A stretch of 64,000 bases of DNA, from NCBI GenBank assembly GCA_963735595.1, contig CAVTLK010000005.1:320001-384000 (forward strand), read 5' to 3'. The DNA is from an uncultured delta proteobacterium. Lineage in GTDB: Bacteria > Desulfobacterota > Zymogenia > Zymogenales > Zymogenaceae. Below, one piece after another: positions 51,908 to 63,949 of the stretch. The translations under genes and the position numbers were made by a program. The notes under the pieces were generated by a model. That model saw only the letters and a list, made by a program, of their open reading frames with translations, was not told where the DNA came from and did not search any database. Numbering within the stretch: the first letter of the stretch is position 1; the number at the start of each line of letters is the position of its first letter.

Positions 51908-52726
51908 TCAAACATGCGAAGACCCGGGTATCATACCCCGCCGCGTGATTCGATCCCGTATGAAGTTGTATATCCGCATAGACACATAGAGGACGAACAA
52001 CAACAGCAGCACCATGACCAGGGCCGCCGCGTCATAGTCGGTGGGACGGAAGTTAGTCAACGGAAAGACTATTTCGGCAATGCCTTCGGTCCTTACGTCT
52101 TGGATGATAGCAAGGAGAGCTGCTACCGAGCAGAATCTGAGTATCCGCGAAACTTCGTTTCGCGTTACACGCGCCCAGGAGAACCCCCGGAAGATCGTCC
52201 GAACCGCACCGATCGATGGCGGGCTCGGGAATATCTCGGGGACGTTTGATTCATATTCAGTATATGCCGCCCCGTGTTTTATCGCGAGCCTCTCGTTTTC
52301 GACCTTAAGCGTCGGCCCGTAGGCCCAGAAAAAGAAGAAGGGATACAGGGCGATCAGGTAGATATTCCCGACAATCAGGCAAAAACTCATTTCAACCAAG
52401 AAGTTGGCCAGGTAAAAGGGGTGCCGGACTAAAGCATACGCCCCCTCGGTGCAGAGGACCCTGGTGCGAATGAGCTGCCCCTTGACGAGCAGATGAAGGC
52501 TAATACCGACGAACAGGAGAAAGAGAGCGAAGGAGATTCGAACGGGCTCGATACCGGCGGGCAGCAGCAAAGACAGAACGATGGAGGCGGTAATCAGGGC
52601 GTTTCTGAGATTGCCCCGATTTAAGAAGAAACGTGCTTGGGATTTTTCCACAGTATGTATCCGAAGCTCCGCGGTATCCGCAGCACAGGAAGACGGCGCA
52701 TTTTCCGCTGTCTTTTTCTTACTCAT
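51908..52726 (-). CDS. ICMT/PEMT-family membrane methyltransferase
   Basis: LCTEGAYALVRHPFYLANF, E.E.L...HG..Y.EY...VP. Confidence 0.85.
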   Translation of the reverse strand: MSKKKTAENAPSSCAADTAELRIHTVEKSQARFFLNRGNLRNALITASIVLSLLLPAGIEPVRISFALFLLFVGISLHLLVKGQLIRTRVLCTEGAYALVRHPFYLANFLVEMSFCLIVGNIYLIALYPFFFFWAYGPTLKVENERLAIKHGAAYTEYESNVPEIFPSPPSIGAVRTIFRGFSWARVTRNEVSRILRFCSVAALLAIIQDVRTEGIAEIVFPLTNFRPTDYDAAALVMVLLLLFVLYVSMRIYNFIRDRITRRGMIPGSSHV

Positions 52727-53092
52727 CAGTCGTTCCCCTTACAATAGGATTATCCAAAAGAATGGGTACCGAATCGTGAACATGTTGCGCTCGCGTATTC
52801 TTAACGTAGTATATCGCCAGAATAGCCGAATCATCGAGAGGGGAGACCGGGCTGTATTCCTACGACCCATATACACCTTTGAACGTCACCGGACCGTGGC
52901 GCTCCGTCCTATTCAAAATATTATACTGCGGATAATAGAATATACGGAATCACCTGTCAATACGGTTTGGTATTATAATTTGTTAATAGGATTACGACGG
53001 TCCCAAACGCCGTGAGGCCGACAGGCCTTCGTTATTAAGTATAGCGAATAATGATGAGGTATGGCGGGCCGGGATCGGAAGCAAGACCGGTA

Positions 53093-53152
53093 CAGGTCGG
53101 CTGGACGAACGAGGTACGGAACTTCGGCAACATCTACTCGTGCGGGGATTAG
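53093..53152 (+). repeat. 60-bp direct repeat of the 3' end of the SH3-domain gene (51753-51812)
   Basis: 58/60 identical; both differences synonymous (GTG AGG vs GTA CGG). Confidence 0.95.
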
Positions 53153-53185
53153 GGGAGAACCAGGTTTTCGGGATGTAATCCGGTT

Positions 53186-53405
53186 CCGTCATTGCGAGGG
53201 AGCGACGCGACCGAGTCAATCTCATCATCGCGTCCGGTTCTTGTGTGGTCGTGTCTTCCCTCGCGACTAATGATCCCCGGCGGCTGGGAGATGGCCGAGT
53301 TCGGCCTGATCTCTCCGAAGAGCGGTTCTGAAGAGTGATCGCTTCGCTTGGCTTGCGATCACCGACGAGACAGCCGCGCCGCCTGTCGACGGCCCGCAAT
53401 GACGG
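53186..53405. repeat. Palindromic intergenic repeat (CCGTCATTGCG...CGCAATGACGG), copy 2
   Basis: 11-bp terminal inverted repeat; shares GTCATTGCGAGGGAGCG with 31127-31249. Confidence 0.7.
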
Positions 53406-53589
53406 GGTTGGGATTTGCGCGGTTAGTGCGGGTTACGGTGACAGTATATATTATATATATGACTTCCCGGCTTAAGCAGGCACCCTATCAATAAGGTTCA
53501 TCATCACCGTAATCCGGATTGTCGCCCGCGCATCCGGTTCGCGCCGATATCGAGGTTTCCGGTCTTAATAAATATGCCGCCCGGATATG

Positions 53590-53820
53590 CTATTCGAGAA
53601 TTTCCAGCACCGCGCGCTTGTTGAACTTCATGGACGCCGCCGAGAGGATCGTCCTCATCGCATGCGCCGTTCGCCCTTCTTTACCGATCACCTTTCCCAT
53701 GTCTTCCTTTGCAACCCTGAGCTCGATGACCGACGTCTGTTCTCCCGCGACTTCGTCCACTACAACGCTGTCAGGATTATCAACCAGGGCCTGGGCAATC
53801 ACCTTAATCAGTTCCTTCAT
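53590..53820 (-). CDS. khpA: KH-domain RNA-binding protein
   Basis: [30 protein letters not shown]. Confidence 0.95.
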   Translation of the reverse strand: MKELIKVIAQALVDNPDSVVVDEVAGEQTSVIELRVAKEDMGKVIGKEGRTAHAMRTILSAASMKFNKRAVLEILE

Positions 53821-54211
53821 TTTTCAGCCTCCCGTTTTCACCGAATTACCGTTTTCGCCTCTTCCGCACTTCTCGCTTCGTTATCGAAAAACTCTCAGAA
53901 CCCCTCATCATAGACCGTGAGCAGAAAAGCCGCCCGGCGCGGAGCGCTTACGGATACAGGGCATATGCGAGCCTTATCCCTCCGGTTCGGACGGAAACTC
54001 ATTTCAATCGGGATTAGCATTATACAAATGCCGCAAGGAAAGCGTCTATATAGTATCACAATGACCGTAAAAGTCAAGATTGCCGAGCAAAAAATACTTA
54101 CTATTCTTTTTCCGCTCGACAAACGGTGTCGCAGCAGCACCAGTCCATTTAACCTTGACTATCCCCTGTCAATACGATAAACTTACTTATTTACTCGAAA
54201 TGGAGGAAACG

Positions 54212-55715
<1,504 letters not shown>

Positions 55716-55727
55716 AAACACCTGGGC

Positions 55728-55800
55728 TCACCACGAAGACTTGAAAGGCACCGATAGAAAGATGTCCGGGATACTTCGTACCTTTGTGCCTTCGTCGTGA
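55728..55800. repeat. Imperfect palindromic intergenic element (CACCACGAAG...CTTTGTGCCTTCGTCGTG)
   Basis: Inverted arms built from CACGAAG/CTTCGT-like units. Confidence 0.5.
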
Positions 55801-55881
55801 TTCTCTCAAGAGAAGCTCTCCGGGCGGAGTGAGCTCGGCGCGCTCCACTCTCAGGCAGATTTTTAGAGACAGTCTGGTAAT

Positions 55882-57108
55882 ATGTACGAACTCTTCATCA
55901 GCCGACGTTATCTCCGCGCCAAGCGCAAACAATCCTTCATATCGCTGATTACCGTTATCTCGGTCGGCGGGGTCGCGATCGGGGTTGCCGCGCTCATCAT
56001 CGTCATTTCCGTGATGACCGGCTTCAGGGATGACCTCCAGGGCAAGATCCTCGGCGCCCACGCCCACCTCGTCGTCCAGACCGGCAAGCCCTATTTTACG
56101 AACTACCCCTCCGTCATGAAGAAGATCGCCGCAAACGAAGACGTGGTCGCGCTTAGCCCCTATATCGAGAGCCAGATCATGCTCTCCACCGAGGGGGGGA
56201 TATCGGGCGCCATCCTCAGGGGCATCGACCCCGAAACGGCGCCGGGCGTTATCTCCATCAAGAGGGACCTCAAGATCGGGGACCTGAACGAGCTGACGAG
56301 CGGGCGGGACGGGGCGCCCGGGATAATCCTGGGCAGGGAGCTGGCAAAGCTCCTCCGGGTAACCTACGGCGATCCGGTGGTCATGCTCTCGCCGACGGGC
56401 GGTGAGACAACCCCCCTCGGCATGACGCCGAAGATGAAACGGTTCGTGGTGGTGGGGATCTTCGAGGCGGGGATGTTCGAGTACGATTCGTCGTTCGCCT
56501 ACGTCTCGATGCCGGCGGCCCAGGAGTTCCTGGACCTGCCGGACGTGGCCTCCGGCATAGAGATCAAGGTCGCCGATATCTACCGGGCCAAGGCCGTCGG
56601 GGATGAGATCGTCACCATGCTCGGCGACCGCTTTCACGCGCTGGACTGGATGGAGATGAACAAGAACCTCTTCGCGGCGCTTGCCCTCGAAAAGGTGGCC
56701 ATGTTCGTCATCCTGGTGATGATCGTCTTTGTAGCGGCATTCAACATCGCATCGACCCTCATCATGATGGTCATGGAGAAGGCAAAAGATATCGCCATAC
56801 TCAAGGCGATGGGTGCGGCGAACGCCGGCATCATGAAAATATTCATCTTCGAGGGGACGATCATCGGCGCGTTCGGGACGGCAATCGGGGCGGTCTTCGG
56901 GTGGGGCATGTGCATCCTGCTCAAGCACTACCATTTCATCCAACTCGATCCGAACGTCTTTTATATCTCGGCGCTTCCGGTAAAAATCGTGCCGTCCGAT
57001 ATCGGGATCATCATCGTTTCGTCGCTGGCGCTCTGCGTGCTGGCGACCATCTACCCCTCATGGCAGGCCTCCCGGATGGACCCGGCCCAGGCCATGCGTT
57101 ACGAATAG
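55882..57108 (+). CDS. Lipoprotein-releasing ABC permease LolC/E paralogue 2
   Basis: YELFISRRYLRAKRK, SVMTGF, VAAFNIASTL, YPSWQASRMDP. Confidence 0.95.
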   Translation: MYELFISRRYLRAKRKQSFISLITVISVGGVAIGVAALIIVISVMTGFRDDLQGKILGAHAHLVVQTGKPYFTNYPSVMKKIAANEDVVALSPYIESQIMLSTEGGISGAILRGIDPETAPGVISIKRDLKIGDLNELTSGRDGAPGIILGRELAKLLRVTYGDPVVMLSPTGGETTPLGMTPKMKRFVVVGIFEAGMFEYDSSFAYVSMPAAQEFLDLPDVASGIEIKVADIYRAKAVGDEIVTMLGDRFHALDWMEMNKNLFAALALEKVAMFVILVMIVFVAAFNIASTLIMMVMEKAKDIAILKAMGAANAGIMKIFIFEGTIIGAFGTAIGAVFGWGMCILLKHYHFIQLDPNVFYISALPVKIVPSDIGIIIVSSLALCVLATIYPSWQASRMDPAQAMRYE

Positions 57109-57112
57109 ACCA

Positions 57113-58345
57113 ATGGGTGCGCAGGTGAAAGATACCCGGCAGAACATAGCGCGCCTCAAGGAGCAGGGCGCCGCGAATATCGGAAAGGGAAACTGGGACA
57201 AGGCGCTCGGCGATTTCATCGAGGTCCTGAAGGCGGCCCCCAACGACACGCACGCCCTGATGAAGGCGGGGGACTGCTGCAGCAAACTGGGCAGGAACGA
57301 CGAGGCGTGCCGGTATTACGACCGGCTGGTGAATATCTTCAGCGCGGAGGGTTTTGTCGTCAAGGCAATCGCGGTGCACAAGCTCATCCTCAAGATCAAT
57401 CCCCGGTTCCCTGGCGGTGAAAACAGGCTCTCGGTCCTCTACGGCAAGAAGGTCGCCGAGGCGGGCGGCGCCGTACGGGCCACGGGTAAAGCAGCGGGAG
57501 CCGACCCCGGCTACGACAAGCCCCCGCTCTTTTCGGACCTTTCCCCGGACGAGTTTATGGCGCTGATCGAACGGCTGACGCCCAGGACGGTCGACACCGG
57601 AGATGTAGTCATCCGGCAGGGGCAACCCGGGGATTCGATCTTCATTATCGTCTCCGGCCAGGTGTCGATCTTTCGGCGGGACGAGGATAAAAACGAGGTG
57701 TGGATCACCAACCTGGGAGAGGGAAGCTTCTTCGGTGAGTTCGGTTATTTCTCGGGCCAGAAACGCTACGCCTCGGTCAAGGCCGTTGAGGAAACGACGC
57801 TCTTGGAAATAGGCAGGAAGGACCTTGAAGCCATCATCGCAAAACATCCGCGCGTACGGGAAGTGCTGCTCAAATTCTACAAGGAAAGGATTCTCGATAC
57901 GCTCCTGGCAATCTCTCCGCTCTTCTCGGTGCTTTCGCCCCAGGAGCGGGCGGGCCTGATGAAAGGGGTCTCGTTTTCCGCCGCCAGGCGGGGGGCGTGT
58001 ATCGTGCGTGAGGGGGATACGGGCGATCGGATGTTCGTGATCATCTCAGGTGAGGTGGAGGTAACGACGGGGAAAGACGGGTTGCCGGTGCCTCTGGCAC
58101 GGCTCAAATCGGGGGATTTCTTTGGGGAGGTCGCGGTGATCACGAGCCGGCCGCGGACGGCCACCGTGACCGCCGGGACAGACGTCAACCTTGCGGAAAT
58201 AGACAAGGACTCCGTTGCCGAGGCGATCGGTGCGCACCCGGAGATCGAAGAACGGCTTTCGCGGTTTATCCAGATGCGGGTGGAGAACACCATATCGACG
58301 TTTATGCAGTTTAAAAACCGAAAAATGGAAAGCGGGTTGGTGTAG
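57113..58345 (+). CDS. TPR plus tandem cyclic-nucleotide-binding domain protein
   Basis: N-terminal TPR-like helices; two CAP_ED motifs (GSFFGEFG...RYASV; GDFFGEVA...PRTATV). Confidence 0.9.
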   Translation: MGAQVKDTRQNIARLKEQGAANIGKGNWDKALGDFIEVLKAAPNDTHALMKAGDCCSKLGRNDEACRYYDRLVNIFSAEGFVVKAIAVHKLILKINPRFPGGENRLSVLYGKKVAEAGGAVRATGKAAGADPGYDKPPLFSDLSPDEFMALIERLTPRTVDTGDVVIRQGQPGDSIFIIVSGQVSIFRRDEDKNEVWITNLGEGSFFGEFGYFSGQKRYASVKAVEETTLLEIGRKDLEAIIAKHPRVREVLLKFYKERILDTLLAISPLFSVLSPQERAGLMKGVSFSAARRGACIVREGDTGDRMFVIISGEVEVTTGKDGLPVPLARLKSGDFFGEVAVITSRPRTATVTAGTDVNLAEIDKDSVAEAIGAHPEIEERLSRFIQMRVENTISTFMQFKNRKMESGLV

Positions 58346-58348
58346 GTT

Positions 58349-59023
58349 ATGGCGCTCATACGTGTAGAGAATGTGACTAAATCCTTTGTCACGGACGGGA
58401 AACGGGTTGACGTGCTGAGGGGGATCGACCTCACGGTCGAGCGGGGCGAGGTAATCAATATCCTCGGCGCCTCGGGCGCGGGGAAATCCACGCTCCTGTA
58501 TATCCTCGGCGCGCTGGACCGACCCACATCGGGTGTGGTCAACCACGACGGGATTTCCCTGTTTTCCATGGGGGACCGGGATCTGGCGGCTTTCCGCAAC
58601 CGAAAGATCGGTTTCGTGTTCCAGTTTCATCACCTGCTGCCGGAGTTCACTGCAATCGAGAACGTGATGATGCCGGCGCTGATCGCGCGCATCAAGCCCG
58701 CCGAGGCCAGACACCGCGCGGCAGCGATCCTCGATCGCCTGGGGCTTGCCGACCGGGGCGACCACAAGCCCGGCGAGCTTTCCGGCGGGGAGCAGCAGCG
58801 CGTGGCGGTGGCGAGGGCGATCCTGCTTTCCCCCGACGTGATACTGGCCGACGAACCGACCGGCAACCTCGACACCAAGACCGGAGAGGAGGTCCACCAG
58901 GTCTTGATGGATCTCAACCGGGAAATGAACATCACCATGATCATCGTCACTCATAATCTGAAACTTGCCAAAAGGGACGGCAGATCGATGATACTTGAGG
59001 ACGGGAAGACAAAGGACAGGTGA
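58349..59023 (+). CDS. lolD: Lipoprotein-releasing ABC ATPase
   Basis: [40 protein letters not shown]. Confidence 0.95.
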   Translation: MALIRVENVTKSFVTDGKRVDVLRGIDLTVERGEVINILGASGAGKSTLLYILGALDRPTSGVVNHDGISLFSMGDRDLAAFRNRKIGFVFQFHHLLPEFTAIENVMMPALIARIKPAEARHRAAAILDRLGLADRGDHKPGELSGGEQQRVAVARAILLSPDVILADEPTGNLDTKTGEEVHQVLMDLNREMNITMIIVTHNLKLAKRDGRSMILEDGKTKDR

Positions 59024-59096
59024 TAATTTTTTCCTTTACAAAAGGGGTTGATCTGGTATAATTTCAGCGCTCTATTTGTCTTAATTGGGGGACGTA

Positions 59097-61748
59097 ATGA
59101 AAAAAAGAGTCCTAGTTTTTCTTTTGATTATTGCATGCATCGCGGTGCTCTTTACCTCGTGGGCCGCCGCTGCCGAAAGGAAGATTAAAGTAACCGTTCT
59201 TCCTTTCTCCATTTATTCTGCCGAAGATCTTTCCGCATATGAGCGGGATATCCAGGAGGTCCTCTTGTCGGCGATTGCCTATCACGAGAGGATCGAGCCC
59301 CTTGACCTTGACAAACTCAGCAAGGTCATAGGGGGAAAGCTCCCTTCCGAGATGGATGAGAACTACGCCCGCGAAGTTGGCCGTAAAATGGGGGCCGACT
59401 ACGTGGTTATCGGGAGCATGACCAAGGTCGGCGAAACCGTCAGTCTGGACGCCAGGCTGGTTGATCCCCGGTCGAGAAAGGAAGCGGAGCGCTTCTACGT
59501 GGAGACGTACGGAGCGGCAACGGTTTTGGATCGTGTCGGGGAATTGGCCAAGAAGATCAACGAGAGCATCTTCGCCTCCGACAAGATCGTCAAGGTAACC
59601 ATTGTCGGCCTGAAACGTCTGACCGAGGAAGAGGTCCTGGGCAACATCATCAGCCGTGAGGGGACGCTCCCGTACGAGAAATTCCTGGCTGAAGACGTGA
59701 AGTCGATTACCGGCATGGGCTACTTTGAGGACGTTACCGTTGTAACCAGGAGGGTCGAAGGCGGGAACGAGGTCATCTTCACCGTCAAGGAGAGACCCCT
59801 GGTCCGCGAGGTAAGGGTCGTCGGAAACGACGAGGTTTCCTCGAAGGACCTCTTTGAGGTCATTACGGTAAAACCTCCCAAGGTGCTCTCGATCAAGGAT
59901 GTTAAGGATAGTCTCGAGCGCGTGAAAGATCTCTACTACGAAAAGCAATACCACGCCGCAACGGTAGATTACAAAGTGGAGCCGATCGCCGAGGACGAAG
60001 TCGCCGTGGAGTTTACGATCTCCGAAGGCGAGAAGATGATGATCAAGAAGATCACATTTATCGGAAACGATCAGCTATCCGACAAGACTATCGAGAAGGG
60101 ACTGTCCAACAAACATAAGGGGTGGTTCTGGTGGCTCTCCGAACGGGGAAAGTTCCACAAGGAAGAGCTGGACACCGACGTCGAGCGAATTACCGCAGTC
60201 TATTACGACAACGGGTACCTGGATACGGTTGTTGAGCCCGCCGTCGTTGAGATGAAGGGCGATGACATCTACCTCAGCTACAACATCAAAGAAGGCAAGC
60301 AATATCGGGTCGGCACGGTCGATATCTCCGGTGATCTGATTATTGCCAAGGAAGTCCTTGCCAAGAAGCTGGTAGTGGAATCGGGCGACATCTTTTCGCG
60401 CGCGAACGTCATCACCGACATAGAAAACCTCGTGCTTGATTACAACAACGAGGGATACGCCCTTGTTGACGTTCAGCCGCAGACGAACCTGGACAACGAA
60501 AAGCTGATCGTCGATATTAACTACCTCATAGTGAAAGGCAAGAAGACCTATTTCGAGCGGATCAATATCGGCGGAAACGTCAAGACGCTCGATAAGGTCA
60601 TCCGGCGAGAGCTCAAGTTTGCCGAAGGCGACCTGTTTAACGGCGATGACCTCCAGAGGAGCAGGGAGAAGGTAAACAACCTCGGGTACTTCGAAGAGGT
60701 CAATTTCGCAACGGAGCGGGGAAGCTCCGACGATAAGGTCATCATCAATATCGATGTCAAGGAAAAACCCACCGGACTGATCTCCGCAGGACTCGGATAC
60801 TCAAGCATAGCCGAGCTGACCGGGATGATCAGGGTTCAGGAAACGAACCTCTTCGGGAGGGGTTACAAGATCCAGATATCGGCCGAGTTTTCCAATATCA
60901 GCACCAATTACTCGGGCGTTCTCATAGATCCCTACTTCCTTGACACGAACCTGTCTGTCAGCCTCAAGGTCTATAATTTGACCCGGTCGTATGATACGTA
61001 CGATGCAGAGACCTTTGGCGTTGAGCTTGGATTCGGACACCCCCTCTGGTCGGATACCTCGCTCCACGTCGCGTATATATTTAACGATGTGAATCTGTTC
61101 AATATTACCACGACGGACCCGGATATAAAGGACTACGAGGGACATACGATTACCAGCGGTATCGAGGCGGCTATCGTGCACGATACGCGCGACAGCACAT
61201 TTGATCCCAGCCGCGGCTCGGTGAACACACTGTCGGTATTCTACGCCGGTATCGGCGGCGACGAATACTACGTCAAGACCGTTGCGGAATCGAGCTGGTA
61301 TTTCCCGGTGGTCTGGAAACTGGTATTCCACCCGCGGCTCGAAGTCGGTTACATTGCCAACCTGAACGACAAAAATTTACCGATTTATGCCCGCTTCTTC
61401 GCCGGCGGCCTCAACTCCCTGCGCGGGTTTAAACCCTCCAGCGTTGGGCCGATCGATCCGGTCACGGGTGAATACCTGGGCGGTGATAAGGAAATCCTCC
61501 TCAACCTCGAGCTCATCTTCCCGCTCTTTGAGGACATCAAGATGAAGGGTGTCGTGTTCTTCGACGCCGGTAACGTCTGGGGAGAAGACGAGGACTGGAA
61601 CTTCGGCGATCTCAGGTATTCGATCGGCGCGGGCATCCGGTGGATTTCGCCCCTCGGCCCGATCCGCGTCGAGTGGGGCTACAACCTCGATCCCCGACCC
61701 AGTGAGAACCAGTCGGAGTGGAACTTCTCGGTCGGCACCAGCTTCTAA
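59097..61748 (+). CDS. bamA: Outer membrane protein assembly factor with extra N-terminal domain
   Basis: POTRA repeats, LRGF, SPLGPIR, C-terminal F; upstream TTTACA-16-TATAAT promoter. Confidence 0.97.
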   Translation: MKKRVLVFLLIIACIAVLFTSWAAAAERKIKVTVLPFSIYSAEDLSAYERDIQEVLLSAIAYHERIEPLDLDKLSKVIGGKLPSEMDENYAREVGRKMGADYVVIGSMTKVGETVSLDARLVDPRSRKEAERFYVETYGAATVLDRVGELAKKINESIFASDKIVKVTIVGLKRLTEEEVLGNIISREGTLPYEKFLAEDVKSITGMGYFEDVTVVTRRVEGGNEVIFTVKERPLVREVRVVGNDEVSSKDLFEVITVKPPKVLSIKDVKDSLERVKDLYYEKQYHAATVDYKVEPIAEDEVAVEFTISEGEKMMIKKITFIGNDQLSDKTIEKGLSNKHKGWFWWLSERGKFHKEELDTDVERITAVYYDNGYLDTVVEPAVVEMKGDDIYLSYNIKEGKQYRVGTVDISGDLIIAKEVLAKKLVVESGDIFSRANVITDIENLVLDYNNEGYALVDVQPQTNLDNEKLIVDINYLIVKGKKTYFERINIGGNVKTLDKVIRRELKFAEGDLFNGDDLQRSREKVNNLGYFEEVNFATERGSSDDKVIINIDVKEKPTGLISAGLGYSSIAELTGMIRVQETNLFGRGYKIQISAEFSNISTNYSGVLIDPYFLDTNLSVSLKVYNLTRSYDTYDAETFGVELGFGHPLWSDTSLHVAYIFNDVNLFNITTTDPDIKDYEGHTITSGIEAAIVHDTRDSTFDPSRGSVNTLSVFYAGIGGDEYYVKTVAESSWYFPVVWKLVFHPRLEVGYIANLNDKNLPIYARFFAGGLNSLRGFKPSSVGPIDPVTGEYLGGDKEILLNLELIFPLFEDIKMKGVVFFDAGNVWGEDEDWNFGDLRYSIGAGIRWISPLGPIRVEWGYNLDPRPSENQSEWNFSVGTSF

Positions 61749-61811
61749 CTGTCTGATGATACACGTCGGGGGGAGGAGCGTACGCTCCTCCCCCATTTTT
61801 ATGGAGCACGC

Positions 61812-62342
61812 ATGAAAGGACGATTGGCTGTCATGTGTCTGTCGGTCGGCGCGGCGGCCGTCTTGTTGACGGTATGCTTTACCGGCTATGCCTGGTGCCA
61901 GGAAGAGAAAATCGGCGTCGTGGATATGGCGAAGGTCATCGATCTATCCAAGCAGGGGAAAAAGGCGATGGAAGAGATGGCCGACACGTTTAAAGGGGCC
62001 GGGAAGGACCTCGAAAAGCGGGAGTCGGAGCTTGTCGAGATGAAAGATGAGATCGAGAAAAACGCCATGGTCCTTTCGGCCGAGGTGCTGGCGCAGAAGG
62101 AACGGCGGTATCAGGACAAGCTCATCGAGTACCAGCGCAAGCTTGAAGAATACCAGTATCAGCTGTCGGAAAAAAACCAGGAACTTAACGGGACCATGAT
62201 GGTTCTCGTGGAGGGTGTCGTCAGCACGATCGGTAGCGAGGGATACCTATTGATCCTCGAAAAGACATCTTCCGGAGTCCTCTATAATTCCGATACCGTA
62301 GACCTGACCGATGAAGTCATCGTGAAGCTGAACAAGAAATAG
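61812..62342 (+). CDS. skp: OmpH/Skp chaperone
   Basis: KIGVVDM, coiled coil, DLTDEVI; position after bamA. Confidence 0.9.
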   Translation: MKGRLAVMCLSVGAAAVLLTVCFTGYAWCQEEKIGVVDMAKVIDLSKQGKKAMEEMADTFKGAGKDLEKRESELVEMKDEIEKNAMVLSAEVLAQKERRYQDKLIEYQRKLEEYQYQLSEKNQELNGTMMVLVEGVVSTIGSEGYLLILEKTSSGVLYNSDTVDLTDEVIVKLNKK

Positions 62343-62484
62343 CGCACAGAACCATATCGGCTTAGACCAAGCGTGTACGTTTTGCCGAGTAAGCCGGTGT
62401 ATATCGACGGGCCGGGGCCTTTATCCGGAATATTTGCGCTGTAACGATCCTTTGAGAAACATCGTTTTTCGGTAGTTTGTCAGG

Positions 62485-63519
62485 ATGGAAAAGACTCTTG
62501 GACAATTGGCGGAATTTCTCGGGGGGGCGGCCGCGGGAGATACGGCAACCCTGATTACGGGCGTCAAAGGGATCGAAGATGCCGGCCCCGGCGATATCAC
62601 CTTTTTGGCCAACCCGAAATACATGAAGTTTCTCGAAACGACGGCTGCCTCGGCAGTAATCGTCGCCCCGGACGTAGATCCGGGACAAAAACCACACATC
62701 ACGATCGATAACCCCTATCTGGCCTTTGCCAAGGTCGTTACCCTCTTTTCGGTCGGAACCCGGGATTACTTCGGCGTGTCGCCCGATGCGTTTGTCCATC
62801 CCGACGCCCGCGTCCATACCGAGTGCGCCATCTATCCTTTTGCCTATGTCGGAAAGGGTGCCGAGGTAAAGCGGAAGGCGGTGCTCTATCCCGGTGTTTA
62901 CCTCGGCGATGGGGCATCCGTGGGAGAGGAATCGGTCCTTTACCCGAACGTGACGGTCATGGATCGCTGTATCATAATGGACCGCGTCATCATCCACGGG
63001 GGGACCGTTATCGGCGCCGACGGTTTCGGATTTGCCCATGAGGGGGCAAAACAGGTGAAGTTCCCGCAGATCGGGATCGTCGTTATCGAGGACGACGTGG
63101 AGATCGGCTCAAATTGCTCCATTGACCGGGCCGCCCTCGGCGAAACAAGGATTCACCGGGGCGTCAAGATGGACAACCTCATACAGATCGGGCATAATGT
63201 AGTCGTGGAAGAGGACAGCATACTGGTTGCGCAGGTGGGTATTTCGGGAAGCACCCATATCGGCAAAAAGGTCGTGTTGGCCGGACAGGCGGGGCTCGTG
63301 GGGCATATCACGGTGGGGGACGGCGCCGTCGTGACGGCAAAAGCCGGCGTCACCAAGAACGTCCCTCCGGGTGAGGTGATAACGGGTTTCCCCATGATGC
63401 CCCATAAGAAGTGGCTCAGGGTGATGTCGGTAATGGGAAAACTCCCAGAGCTTAAAAAGGAAATAGAGACCCTGGGAAAACGGATCGAGCAGTTAGAGAA
63501 GAAGACGGTCAAGCCGTGA
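62485..63519 (+). CDS. lpxD: UDP-3-O-acyl-glucosamine N-acyltransferase
   Basis: ITFLANPKY, IGADGFGF, DDVEIG.N..IDR, KMDNLIQIGHN. Confidence 0.98.
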   Translation: MEKTLGQLAEFLGGAAAGDTATLITGVKGIEDAGPGDITFLANPKYMKFLETTAASAVIVAPDVDPGQKPHITIDNPYLAFAKVVTLFSVGTRDYFGVSPDAFVHPDARVHTECAIYPFAYVGKGAEVKRKAVLYPGVYLGDGASVGEESVLYPNVTVMDRCIIMDRVIIHGGTVIGADGFGFAHEGAKQVKFPQIGIVVIEDDVEIGSNCSIDRAALGETRIHRGVKMDNLIQIGHNVVVEEDSILVAQVGISGSTHIGKKVVLAGQAGLVGHITVGDGAVVTAKAGVTKNVPPGEVITGFPMMPHKKWLRVMSVMGKLPELKKEIETLGKRIEQLEKKTVKP

Positions 63520-63941
63520 ACACGACTGTGCATGAAACGGGGATACCGCCGATACACAATAAGCCGTATCGGTTCATCGATAGGGTCATCAGATACGATA
63601 AGGGAGAGGCTATAACCTGCACGGCGGCAATTCGGACCGACGAACCCTATTTTGCCGGCCATTTCCCGGGGCACCCGATTATGCCGGGCGTCTTCGGGAT
63701 AGAGATGCTGTTCCAGGCAGCTGAGCTGTTCCTCATGCTGGAAACGGGGACCGGTCGGGACGGGGGGATGCGTTTGGGTTGTGTTGTGTCGGCCCGGTTC
63801 GTGAGCCCAATAACCCCACCCCGAGACGTGACGGTCGCGGTAGAGTTAAAAGAAGATACGGGATCGGAGAAGATATTCTCGGGGCGGCTCAGTGACGGCC
63901 CGGATACCTTTATTCAGGCACTTTTTAGCGTTACGGTTTAG
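63516..63941 (+). CDS. fabZ: 3-hydroxyacyl-ACP dehydratase (divergent)
   Basis: PYRFIDRV, EPYFAGHFPGHPIMPGV..IE; between lpxD and lpxA. Confidence 0.85.
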   Translation: MNTTVHETGIPPIHNKPYRFIDRVIRYDKGEAITCTAAIRTDEPYFAGHFPGHPIMPGVFGIEMLFQAAELFLMLETGTGRDGGMRLGCVVSARFVSPITPPRDVTVAVELKEDTGSEKIFSGRLSDGPDTFIQALFSVTV

Positions 63942-63949
63942 TGAGAGCT

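Noticed and set aside
51753..53152. Diversity-generating retroelement VR/TR pair
   Set aside because: Differences are not adenine-specific, are synonymous in the core, and no reverse transcriptase is present
53590..53820. khpA outside the rpsP-rimM-trmD operon
   Set aside because: Stand-alone second copies are, to my knowledge, common in this group
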